From Polyangiales bacterium (GTDB lineage: Bacteria > Myxococcota_A > Polyangia > Polyangiales > Houyiibacteriaceae), in assembly GCA_049645265.1 (NCBI GenBank), contig JBARTN010000303.1, forward strand, positions 7,907-71,906: a stretch of DNA of 64,000 nucleotides, in the 5' to 3' direction. A program made the translations under genes and the position numbers. The number at the start of each line of letters is the position of its first letter. The stretch's first letter is position 1. This document shows positions 19,784 through 30,397 of this stretch, one piece after another. Below the pieces are notes generated by a model. It was not told the origin of the DNA. It made no database searches and was given only the letters and a program-made list of their open reading frames with translations.

Positions 19784-20668
19784 CTAGACCCAGAGGTCTT
19801 CGGCGGACGTGGATTTTGGGCGGATCGCGAGCCTTACGTGGTGGCGCTTTTTCGTTCCGTTTTCCTTGCGGTGTCGCGGGACTTCGGCGGCGTTGACGTA
19901 GAGGACTCCGTCTTGCGTGATTTGCGCCGGGCGTCGCTTTCCCGACTTCGTCTTGCGGTGCATGTGGCCGGCGACGGTCGCGAGCACGGTCCGGCCACAG
20001 CTCTTCGCGTACTGCACCGCCTCTTCGAGATCCCGGTCGCCCCAGTCTTCTTCTTTCTTGCGAAAATCACAGCCCCAGATCGAGTCCGCGCGGTCGCCTA
20101 AACCCGTGGGCCCGTTGTGCGCGAGGAACAAGATCGGCGCGTCGTCGCAGCTGTCGACCAGACCCTTCAATCGCGCGGCCGATGCGTCCATCGAGTCGAT
20201 GCCGTACCGTTTTGCGAGATAGCGAAGGCAGGCTAGGCGCCTTCCACCGATCGAATGCGGTCGACACACCACGATGTTCAATGGAACCCCGGCGGGGGCG
20301 ATGCGGCGTCGGCTGTATCCGAGAAGCTCGACGTCGCCCAGCGCGCGCTCGAGGCTTGCGCAGCGACCGGCCTGACCTTGGCAAAACGCGTTTCGAAGGC
20401 GGTGTGCGCGGGGTGCGATTTCCGCGCCGAGTTGAAATGCGTGAAGGCCGTCGTGGTTGCCGGGAATGCACATCGCTGGCACGCGAAGCTGGCGGAGCGA
20501 ACGCGCGACGCGGCGCCCTCGCAGTTGCGTATATCCCGCCAAATCGCCTACAAAAAGCAATAGATCGTACCCACCGCGGTTGAAGAAAGCGACGTCGGCG
20601 TCGTCCCAGAAGAGATGAACATCACCGATCACAGCAACGGTTGCCACTTGCGCGCTGTCATCGTCCAT
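19784..20668 (-). CDS. Calcineurin-like metallophosphoesterase
   Basis: Motifs VIGDVHL, VGDLAGY, GNHD and GHMH appear in the canonical order. Confidence 0.8.
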   Translation of the reverse strand: MDDDSAQVATVAVIGDVHLFWDDADVAFFNRGGYDLLLFVGDLAGYTQLRGRRVARSLRQLRVPAMCIPGNHDGLHAFQLGAEIAPRAHRLRNAFCQGQAGRCASLERALGDVELLGYSRRRIAPAGVPLNIVVCRPHSIGGRRLACLRYLAKRYGIDSMDASAARLKGLVDSCDDAPILFLAHNGPTGLGDRADSIWGCDFRKKEEDWGDRDLEEAVQYAKSCGRTVLATVAGHMHRKTKSGKRRPAQITQDGVLYVNAAEVPRHRKENGTKKRHHVRLAIRPKSTSAEDLWV

Positions 20669-20721
20669 GGGACGAAACTTAGCCGACCTAGAGCCGCGCG
20701 CGAGCGGGAAGGGACCCTTCG

Positions 20722-21144
20722 ATGACAGCTCCGAGCATCCACAGACGTGAACCTGCCCTGGTGTTGGTTCTCAGCGTCGTCACCTTTGGGCTCTATCTCC
20801 CTTTTTGGTACCACGGAATCTACGAAGACCTCAAAGCGCTCGATGGACGCACGCCGACCGGTCACGCGTTCTGGCTCGACTTTCTCTTCGTGCTCCTCAC
20901 CTTCGCAATCTACGGCATCTGGGTCGACTACCAGATCTCACAGCAGATCGCCGAGTTCGAAGAGCGCAATGGCCTCGGTCCCGTGCAAGACACCTCCATC
21001 ATCGCGGTCATTCTCGACGTCGCCTCTTACGCCACCGTCTTCGTGACCAACTTCATCACCAGCGCGATTCAACAAGACCAACTCAATCGCGTCGTCGAAA
21101 AGCTCGAATCGCGCCTCCCGAGCGACGCGGGGCTTCCGGCCTAG
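20722..21144 (+). CDS. DUF4234-like small membrane protein
   Basis: 140-aa ORF with TM helices. The block LVLSVVTFGLYLPFWYHGIYEDLK resembles the DUF4234 signature. Confidence 0.6.
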   Translation: MTAPSIHRREPALVLVLSVVTFGLYLPFWYHGIYEDLKALDGRTPTGHAFWLDFLFVLLTFAIYGIWVDYQISQQIAEFEERNGLGPVQDTSIIAVILDVASYATVFVTNFITSAIQQDQLNRVVEKLESRLPSDAGLPA

Positions 21145-21150
21145 GCGGTC

Positions 21151-21735
21151 ATGCTGGCGCCGCCGCTCCTTGCAATTTTCGTCGGGGGAAAGTCGCGCCG
21201 GATGGGGCAGCACAAAGGGCTCCTCTCGATTCCGGGCAGCCCTGAGCCGATCCTCGAAGCGCTAATTCGCCGCGGCCGCGAGGCGGGTTTCGACCGCGTG
21301 CTCGTCGGCGAAGCGGCGCCCTACGCAGGGCTCGCAGAGGGCGTGCTCCGCCTCGACGACGATCCTCCGGGCGCTGGTCCACTCGCCGGCCTTCATGCCG
21401 CCTTACGTCACGCGTTGAAAACCCATCGGTCAGAGCTCGTCGCGATCGCCTGCGATATGCCTTTCGTCAGTTCCGAAGCCCTCGCAGAGGCCCGCGACTA
21501 TCGCAGCACTGCCATCGTGGTCGCCCCGAAGCGGGCAGCGGATGCGCCCTGGGAGCCCATGCTCGCTCGATACGACGCCCTCCGTCTTGCCGACGCTCTG
21601 GCCGAAGCCATTTCGCGCGGTGAGAGGTCGTTTCAAAAGCTCTTCGCGTCGATCGAGGTGGAGGCGCTGCCGCTCAGCGAGGCGGTAGAGCGGGCGCTCG
21701 AGGACTGGGACCGCCCCGAAGACGTGGCTCGATAG
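21151..21735 (+). CDS. mobA: MobA-like NTP transferase (molybdenum cofactor guanylyltransferase-like)
   Basis: The N-terminal LLAIFVGGKSRRMGQHKGLL matches the (L)AGGxSxRMGxDK pattern. The length (194 aa) is typical. Confidence 0.6.
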   Translation: MLAPPLLAIFVGGKSRRMGQHKGLLSIPGSPEPILEALIRRGREAGFDRVLVGEAAPYAGLAEGVLRLDDDPPGAGPLAGLHAALRHALKTHRSELVAIACDMPFVSSEALAEARDYRSTAIVVAPKRAADAPWEPMLARYDALRLADALAEAISRGERSFQKLFASIEVEALPLSEAVERALEDWDRPEDVAR

Positions 21736-21770
21736 GCCTCTGCACGAGCCGCCTGCTAGGCTCCGGAACG

Positions 21771-22862
21771 ATGGCCGAAATCGCCCGTGCACTTCGCGAC
21801 ACGCTGCTCGCCCTCACTCGGATTCCAAGCCCGATCGGAGAGGAAGCGGAGATCTGCGATCACGTCGAAGCTCGACTGACGAGCAGCTTGGGCGGCGAGC
21901 CGATCACGCGTTTCCACGACAGCTTGATCGTTCATGCGGCAGCGCGGAAAGACGCCCCACGGATTGCGCTGGTCGGTCATCTCGACACGGTGCGCACCCA
22001 GCATGACGGGCCGCCGCGCATCGAGGGCAACCGTCTCTATGGCGCGGGCGCGGCCGACATGAAGTCCGGCTTGGCCATCATGATCGAGCTGGTCGAGCGC
22101 CTCGATCTCGATGCGCTGCCCTGCGATCTCACTCTGATCTTCTACGAGCGGGAAGAAGGCCCGTTCGAGGAAAACCGGCTCGGCCCGATCCTCGACGCGC
22201 ACCCTGATCTCCACGATCTCGACCTAGCGATCTGCCTGGAGCCGAGCGACAACCAGATGCAGCTTGGCGCGATGGGCTCGATTCACGCGACGCTTACCTT
22301 TCACGGACGAACCGCCCACAGCGCACGGCCCTGGCAAGGGGACAACGCACTCTACAAAGCTGCGAATTTCATTCGCGAGCTCGAGCGACGGGAACCACAC
22401 GACGTCGAGCTCGATGGTTACGTGTTCCGCGAGGTGATGACTCCGACCGTGGTTCAAGGCGGCGGTCCGCGGAATGTCGTTCCCGGTCAGGCAGACCTCA
22501 ACGTCAACTATCGCTTCGCCCCGGGGCGCACCCCCGAAGAGGCGTTCGCGGAGCTACGCGAGCTCGCAGGGGACCACTGCAAGATTCAGGCGACGGACCT
22601 TTCGCCCGCGGGTCGTCCGCACGCCACCGATCGCTACATCCAGCACTTGATGCGCTGCGGCGTGGACGGCGTTCGTAGCAAGCAAGCGTGGACCGACGTG
22701 GCACGCTTCGACGCGATCGGCGTGCCTGGGGTCAACCTAGGTCCCGGTACCGCGGCTCAGGCTCATCAACCGAATGAATACACCGAGCTCGACCGCTTGC
22801 TCGACGGGTACGCGATCTTCGAACGCTTCTTCAAGAAGAGCGAAGACAACCCGCTCTACTGA
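21771..22862 (+). CDS. dapE: M20-family metallopeptidase, succinyl-diaminopimelate desuccinylase-like
   Basis: Metal-ligand blocks LVGHLDTV, GAGAADMKSGLA and HGRTAHSARPWQGDNA. The ~360-aa length matches short DapE forms. Confidence 0.65.
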   Translation: MAEIARALRDTLLALTRIPSPIGEEAEICDHVEARLTSSLGGEPITRFHDSLIVHAAARKDAPRIALVGHLDTVRTQHDGPPRIEGNRLYGAGAADMKSGLAIMIELVERLDLDALPCDLTLIFYEREEGPFEENRLGPILDAHPDLHDLDLAICLEPSDNQMQLGAMGSIHATLTFHGRTAHSARPWQGDNALYKAANFIRELERREPHDVELDGYVFREVMTPTVVQGGGPRNVVPGQADLNVNYRFAPGRTPEEAFAELRELAGDHCKIQATDLSPAGRPHATDRYIQHLMRCGVDGVRSKQAWTDVARFDAIGVPGVNLGPGTAAQAHQPNEYTELDRLLDGYAIFERFFKKSEDNPLY

Positions 22863-22880
22863 ACGCGCGCTACTCGCGCA

Positions 22881-23213
22881 TTATTTTTTGCACTCGCCAA
22901 ACGCCTTGAATGCGCGTGCCGGCGAGACCGCGCGGACCAGGACCTCGGCGGTGCCCTTGGGCTCCACGGCGACCGACTGCCGCGGCGACGGATCGACGTC
23001 GGTCCAAACTTCGCATTGAAGCGTCATGTCGCAACGGTTGGTCACGATGACGATGTGCTTGTACGCTAGTGCGCCGTAGCGAGCTTCGCCCCGAATGTTG
23101 TAGCAGTTCTTAATGTCCTGACCCCCCTCTTCGCCCAGGGCCGGCAGGGCCGTGGTGAGAACGACTAGGGCGGTGAACAAACTCGTGACGACGGCTTTCA
23201 TGATGCTTCCCAT
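22881..23213 (-). CDS. Small secreted cysteine-containing protein
   Basis: 110-aa ORF with a signal peptide (...VVLTTALPALG/EE) and four Cys in the mature part. No family recognised. Confidence 0.55.
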   Translation of the reverse strand: MGSIMKAVVTSLFTALVVLTTALPALGEEGGQDIKNCYNIRGEARYGALAYKHIVIVTNRCDMTLQCEVWTDVDPSPRQSVAVEPKGTAEVLVRAVSPARAFKAFGECKK

Positions 23214-23458
23214 TGTCCGGGATTACAGACGTAGCGCAAGTTCCGGCTATTCAACTGGGGTAATTGCGTGGGGCGGGGGGTGGCTGGGGGCGTGATTTGG
23301 TTTAGTTACACCGCCCGCCCGCCCGCACCCGTAGTCCTCCCTGCCGCGGCATTCGCTATGCTTTGCCTTGGCGGCGCGTTGCGCCGGGCTTCGCCCTGCG
23401 GGCTCGCGCTGCCGCCTGCTGTTTGGGGACCTTGGTCTTGATGGCCGCGCCCAGGTGG

Positions 23459-25330
<1,872 letters not shown>

Positions 25331-25496
25331 TTGAGGCCTCCTTCAGCCCGGTTTTTCGGGCGCGGCGGGAAGGTAGCCGCCCGGCACCCCGCGTCAAGTA
25401 CGCTCGGATCCCCTCGCATGTACAGGCAGTTGCGCTCCGGCGGTCCGCCGTAGACAATGCGTCCCGGGGACACGCGACAAGTCGAGTGAGGGAGAT

Positions 25497-26069
25497 ATGG
25501 CTGCCGAAGAGATCGAATGCCACGTATGTGGAGCGAGCAATCCCAAAGTTTCGGAGCGCTGTCGCTCGTGTGGAGCGCGTCTGTCGGAGCTCGCGTCGGA
25601 GCTCAGTGAAGAGGAGCTTTACGCCCGTCGGAATCAGCCTGACGAGTTCGAGCTCCGCTGGGTGTTCATCTCGTTTGGTCTCTTCCTCGTGATGGCGGCG
25701 CTTGCCCTGGCGCTCTTGCCTCTCATCATCTCTGCGTACGATCCGCAGGGCTTTGCCGGCATCGTCATCATCATCATCCTTTGGTTCGTCGGCGCCGGGG
25801 TGATCAACTACGTCTCGCCCGGGAAGAACTTTATCGAGCCGCCGGTTGGAGGGTTCCTCGCCGCGATTCCCAGCATGGTCTACCTCTCGAGCATCGCGGA
25901 CGTGTACCAACTCTCGACGGGCGCCTATGTGCTCGGCGTCTTGATGGCCACGATGATGGCGCTGATGGGTGCTTTCGTCGGCAACCTGCTCCGGAGCGAT
26001 GAACAAAAGCCGCAGCCGAAGAGCAAGCGCTCGAGGCCACGGCGATCGCGCCGGCCCAAGGCCGCCTGA
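25497..26069 (+). CDS. Zinc-ribbon membrane protein
   Basis: N-terminal CxxC-x10-CxxC (CHVCGASNPKVSERCRSCG), followed by about four TM helices and a basic tail. Confidence 0.6.
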   Translation: MAAEEIECHVCGASNPKVSERCRSCGARLSELASELSEEELYARRNQPDEFELRWVFISFGLFLVMAALALALLPLIISAYDPQGFAGIVIIIILWFVGAGVINYVSPGKNFIEPPVGGFLAAIPSMVYLSSIADVYQLSTGAYVLGVLMATMMALMGAFVGNLLRSDEQKPQPKSKRSRPRRSRRPKAA

Positions 26070-26083
26070 GCCGCGAGAGCGCG

Positions 26084-26812
26084 CTAGAGGCGCAAGCGTA
26101 GCCCGAAGCCGGGAATCAGTACAAAGCCGCCGCGGTCGAGCGAGCCTCCAGCGTGGTTGATGAACCAATGTTCGTACGCGGCTGTCAGCTCCACCAGCGC
26201 ATGAATCCGGCGTACGCCGAGCGCCATGCCGATCACGGGCCCCAGTCGGACGCCCGCTCCGCTGGCCCTTTGCTCGGAGCCTGTGACTTGGAAGTCGCCA
26301 AAGACGTACTCCCCACTGCCGCGCGCTCCCAACCAGAGCTCGTAGATCCCTCCGAAGTCGACTCCGTAGACAAACGGAACCTCGAACCCGACGCGCCCGC
26401 CACTGCCTGATCGATCGCGGTCGGGAATCCATCCCCCGTACGGCGCAAGGCCTACGATCAAGCTCGATCGGGTGGTCCCTTCCTGCAGCACCCTCTCGTA
26501 GCGCGCCTCGGCTTTGACCGTGGAGCCGGAAACCATCAAGCCCAGGTCCCAGTTCCTGGCGATTCCGTAGCGTCCGTACGCCATTGGCACCACACCGCCC
26601 GCGTCTGCTGCGTAGCGGTATTGCGATTCGCCCGGGTCGAGCACGGCGGGGTCCTTCAAATCACCGAGCGGCACCCGCGCAGCACCACCCAAGCCGAGGT
26701 CGGTTCGGTTCTTCGGTGTCGTCGACCCGCCGCTCATCGCTGGCACCGCGGTCGCACAGCCGTTGAGAGCTACGAGCGACGCGAGCACGAGAGCGAGCCC
26801 AGTCCACTTCAC
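26084..26812 (-). CDS. Lipoprotein, putative outer-membrane beta-barrel
   Basis: Lipobox LVALNG/C. The mature part is Gly/aromatic-rich and strand-like. It overlaps the rimO stop by 4 nt, which implies the same operon. Confidence 0.5.
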   Translation of the reverse strand: MKWTGLALVLASLVALNGCATAVPAMSGGSTTPKNRTDLGLGGAARVPLGDLKDPAVLDPGESQYRYAADAGGVVPMAYGRYGIARNWDLGLMVSGSTVKAEARYERVLQEGTTRSSLIVGLAPYGGWIPDRDRSGSGGRVGFEVPFVYGVDFGGIYELWLGARGSGEYVFGDFQVTGSEQRASGAGVRLGPVIGMALGVRRIHALVELTAAYEHWFINHAGGSLDRGGFVLIPGFGLRLRL

Positions 26813-28215
26813 GGTACGGTTCGTAGCTTAACTTTGGGTTGCCTGGGATCTTTTGCGTCGGCGGGTGCGTCGCGCCCGCCCGGAGCATCGATGAAGTCGC
26901 CCATCAGGTCGTAGTCCGCGGCGTCGGTCACTAAAACTCGCCGTATTTCGCCCGCCCGCGCCGTCCCATTCGCCAAGTATACGCTTCCGTCGACCTCGGG
27001 TGCCTGGCCCCACCAGCGCCCCTGGAGCAGCAAGTCGCTTTCGTCGCTGACTCCTTCGACCAGCACGTCGAGCTCGGTGCCCACACGCAGATCCAAGCGC
27101 TCACGGCTGATCGGACGCTGTACGTCCATGATCGCATCGCGCCGCGCTTCCGCGACATCGGAATCCACACTGTCGGCCATGTCACCGCTCGGGGTGCCTT
27201 CCTCCGGCGAGTACAAGAACACACCGACATGATCGAACTCGGCCCATTCGACGAAGCGCCGAAGCTCCTCGAAGTCGGTCTCCGTTTCGCCAGGGTGTCC
27301 GACGATGAACGTGGTTCGAAAGACGAGATCGGGAATCGCGCGGCGCAAGCGCTCGACCACCTTGTACATGCGGTCGCCACCGTGTCCGCGCCGCATGACG
27401 CGCAGCATCGAATCCGACGCGTGCTGAAGCGGCATGTCGATGTAAGGGAGAACCTTCTCGTGCTGCGCGATCACTTCGATGAGTGGGTCGGTGAGCTTTT
27501 CAGGGTAGAGATAGTGAGCGCGAATCCAGTGAATACCATCGACCTCCGCGAGCGCCGCGAGGAGCTCGGCAAGCGACTCTCGTTTGGCAAGGTCGCGTCC
27601 GTACGCAATCGTGTCCTGGCTGATCAGATTCAGCTCGACCACCCCTGCGGCCGCGAGGATGCCAGCCTCGCGAACCAGATCTTCGATCGTGCGCGAGCGT
27701 TGCTTGCCGCGGAATGACGGGATTGCGCAGAAGCTACACTCTCGGTTACAGCCCTCGGCGATCTTCACGTATGCGCGATGGGTCTGGCCTGAGAGGACCC
27801 TTGGGTCGTCGGCGCGCATGGTGTACTGCGCCGGGTTGCCCACCAGCATCCGTTCTTTGGCACCGTCGAGCACCGTCTTCAACTTCAGCATGTCGCTCGA
27901 ACCTAGGAAGTGGTCGACCTCCGGAAGCTCGCGGGACAGCTCTTCGGGGTAGCGCTGTGACAGGCAGCCGGCCACGACCAGCTTCTCGCAGCTGCCGCTC
28001 GCCTTGTGGGCGCTCATCTCGAGGATCGTCTCGAGCGACTCCTCTTTGGCGGGCCCGATGAAGCCGCAGGTGTTGATGACGATCACTTCGGCCTCGGCGG
28101 GGTCCTCGACGATCTTGAAGCCGGACTGGTCGCTCACGCCAAGCATGACCTCGGTATCGACGCGGTTCTTCGCGCATCCCAGCGACACGAAATGAATGGT
28201 TCTGGACTCCCCCAC
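26809..28215 (-). CDS. rimO: Ribosomal protein S12 methylthiotransferase RimO
   Basis: MTTase N-domain (IHFVSLGCAKNRVDTEVM), radical-SAM CxxxCxxC (CNRECSFCAIP), and a C-terminal TRAM-like domain. Confidence 0.9.
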   Translation of the reverse strand: MGESRTIHFVSLGCAKNRVDTEVMLGVSDQSGFKIVEDPAEAEVIVINTCGFIGPAKEESLETILEMSAHKASGSCEKLVVAGCLSQRYPEELSRELPEVDHFLGSSDMLKLKTVLDGAKERMLVGNPAQYTMRADDPRVLSGQTHRAYVKIAEGCNRECSFCAIPSFRGKQRSRTIEDLVREAGILAAAGVVELNLISQDTIAYGRDLAKRESLAELLAALAEVDGIHWIRAHYLYPEKLTDPLIEVIAQHEKVLPYIDMPLQHASDSMLRVMRRGHGGDRMYKVVERLRRAIPDLVFRTTFIVGHPGETETDFEELRRFVEWAEFDHVGVFLYSPEEGTPSGDMADSVDSDVAEARRDAIMDVQRPISRERLDLRVGTELDVLVEGVSDESDLLLQGRWWGQAPEVDGSVYLANGTARAGEIRRVLVTDAADYDLMGDFIDAPGGRDAPADAKDPRQPKVKLRTVP

Positions 28216-28376
28216 ACCGCCTGATTACCGGGAATTTCGCGGCTAAGCTAGCCGGCCGCCCGGGCCTTCGATGCTGGTTTCCGGGTCAATTTGCCTCCCC
28301 CGCAGATTGCCGTATAAGGGCCGCCTCGCGCGGGCCGTGCAAAAGCTCAGGGATTTCGCGCCAGGAGCCTTTATAG

Positions 28377-28997
28377 ATGTCTCGATACACAGGACCCAGG
28401 GTAAAGCGCATGCGGGCGCTCGGCATCGACCTTCCCGGTCTTTCACGCAAGACCATGTGGGATCGTCCGTATCCCCCGGGCGTCCACGGGCCGAAGTCGG
28501 CTCGCCGCCGAAAGATCAGCGACTTCAAGAAGCAGCTTCTCGAAAAGCAGAAGCTGCGTTTCAACTACGGGCTCAATGAAGGCCAGTTCCGGGGGCTCTA
28601 CCACGAAGCGGTGCACAGCAAGGCCCCTTCGGGTGACAAGCTCGTCGAGCTGCTCGAGCGTCGCCTCGACAACTTCGTTTTCCGCTCCGGCTTTGCGCCG
28701 ACGATTCCTGCCGCGCGTCAGCTCGTTTGCCACGGACACTTCCTCGTCAACGGCAAGCGCCTCGATATCCCGTCGTACCGCGTCCGAGAAGGCGATGTCG
28801 TGAGCCTCCGCGAGCGCAGCCAGGAGCTGTCAACTGTTGTCGCATCTCTCGACGACGTGCGGCTCGCGCGCCCGGATTGGATCGAGTTTGATGAGGCCAA
28901 GACGACGGCCACGGTCAAGGGCGCCCCGAAAGTCGACTCCGTGCCCTTCGCGCTCGAAATCGACCTCGTCATCGAGTACTACTCGAAGCAACTGTAG
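28377..28997 (+). CDS. rpsD: 30S ribosomal protein S4
   Basis: MSRYTGPRVKRMRALGIDLPG... together with an S4 RNA-binding domain (RLDNFVFRSGFAPTIPAARQLVCHGHFLVNG). Confidence 0.97.
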   Translation: MSRYTGPRVKRMRALGIDLPGLSRKTMWDRPYPPGVHGPKSARRRKISDFKKQLLEKQKLRFNYGLNEGQFRGLYHEAVHSKAPSGDKLVELLERRLDNFVFRSGFAPTIPAARQLVCHGHFLVNGKRLDIPSYRVREGDVVSLRERSQELSTVVASLDDVRLARPDWIEFDEAKTTATVKGAPKVDSVPFALEIDLVIEYYSKQL

Positions 28998-29018
28998 GAG
29001 CTCCGCCTGCGCGAACCG

Positions 29019-29738
29019 GTGCTCCGTTTCGCTCGCCGCCGTAGGCTCACGTTGTCCCGCATCGACGTCATCATTCCGGCTCTAAACGAAGAGGCGGCCC
29101 TCCCCCGGGTCCTGCGCGAGATCCCGCGCCCGCCGGTCCGACGAGTCGTCGTTGCCGACAACGGCTCGACCGATCACACGGCGGAGCGGGCCCTCGAGAA
29201 CGGCGCCGAGCTGGTCCATGAGCCCGAGCGCGGATACGGGGCGGCCTGTTTGAAGGCGCTTGCTCACCTCGCGGACGACCCCCCGGAGATCGTCGTCTTT
29301 CTCGACGGCGACTACAGCGACCATCCGAACGAAATCGATGCCCTCATCGCACCGATCGTGACGGGCGATGCAGACATGGTGATCGGTTCCCGTGCGCGCG
29401 GCTCCCGGCAGCGGGGTGCGCTCAGCCCGCAGCAGCGTGTCGGCAATGCGATCGCCTGTGCCGCGCTCCAGCTCTTCTACGGCGTTCACTACAGCGACCT
29501 CGGTCCGTTTCGCGCCATCCGTTGGCAGACCTTGCAGGCCCTGGATATGGTGGACCGCAACTACGGTTGGACGGTCGAGATGCAGATCAAGGCCGCGAAG
29601 CGCGGCGTACCGTATCGCGAAGTGCCCGTCTCGTATCGGCGTCGAATCGGTGTCTCGAAAGTCAGTGGCACCGTGCGCGGCTCATTCGGTGCGGGCGCGA
29701 AGATCCTCTGGCTGCTAGGTCGCTACGCATGGAGCTAG
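29019..29738 (+). CDS. Family 2 glycosyltransferase
   Basis: IDVIIPALNEE...VVVADNGSTDHT...FLDGDYSD (DxD) is typical of GT2/DPM1-like enzymes. It overlaps the next gene by 10 nt. Confidence 0.8.
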   Translation: MLRFARRRRLTLSRIDVIIPALNEEAALPRVLREIPRPPVRRVVVADNGSTDHTAERALENGAELVHEPERGYGAACLKALAHLADDPPEIVVFLDGDYSDHPNEIDALIAPIVTGDADMVIGSRARGSRQRGALSPQQRVGNAIACAALQLFYGVHYSDLGPFRAIRWQTLQALDMVDRNYGWTVEMQIKAAKRGVPYREVPVSYRRRIGVSKVSGTVRGSFGAGAKILWLLGRYAWS

Positions 29739-30397
29739 CGCAGCTCGCCGTATTCGTCCGGCCGCCGACCTCACGACCGGTGAAGACCCGGCTCGCGACA
29801 CGTTTTGGAGACGCCGGCGCCGCGCGGCTGTACCGGGCCTTCGCCGAGGACACCATCGCGCTCTGTTCTCGCGTTCGCGCCGCGGGACGTGTGCACCTGG
29901 CACTTTGGTCCGCCGGCTCAGACGAGACCGTCTCGGATTGGGCGAAGCGCCTCGGGACCCCGCTACGGCTTCAGCCCGAGGGTGACCTCGGTGTGAGACT
30001 GACAGCAGCCTTCGACGAAGGTCTCCGCGACTACGAACGCGTCGTGATCATCGGTAGCGACATGCCCACTCTGCCGATCCAGCTCATCGGCGCCGCCTTT
30101 GATTCCCTCGAAAACAACGCGTTCACGCTCGGTCCAGCCCAGGATGGAGGCTACTACGCGATCGGGGCTTCCCGGCGCGTTCGCCCGAGGTTCGAAGGGG
30201 TCCGCTGGTCGACGGAAAACGCTCTTGCAGATACCGTCAAAGCGAACGCTCCACGGCGGCCCGCGATGCTCCCTCCTTGGTACGACATCGACGAGCCCGA
30301 AGACCTGGCCGTGCTTCGCGCGCATCTTTCCATCGATTCCGCCGCGGCTCCCGCAACGGCGAGCTGCATGGCCGAGCTCTCTCGCGCTCAAAGATAA
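29729..30397 (+). CDS. DUF2064-family (TIGR04282-like) putative glycosyltransferase
   Basis: From the ATG at 29729 the product reads MELAQLAVFVRPPTSRPVKTRLATRFGDAGAARLYRAFAEDT, which matches the DUF2064 N-terminal signature. The ORF-track extension to 29522 overlaps the GT2 gene. Confidence 0.75.
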   Translation: MELAQLAVFVRPPTSRPVKTRLATRFGDAGAARLYRAFAEDTIALCSRVRAAGRVHLALWSAGSDETVSDWAKRLGTPLRLQPEGDLGVRLTAAFDEGLRDYERVVIIGSDMPTLPIQLIGAAFDSLENNAFTLGPAQDGGYYAIGASRRVRPRFEGVRWSTENALADTVKANAPRRPAMLPPWYDIDEPEDLAVLRAHLSIDSAAAPATASCMAELSRAQR

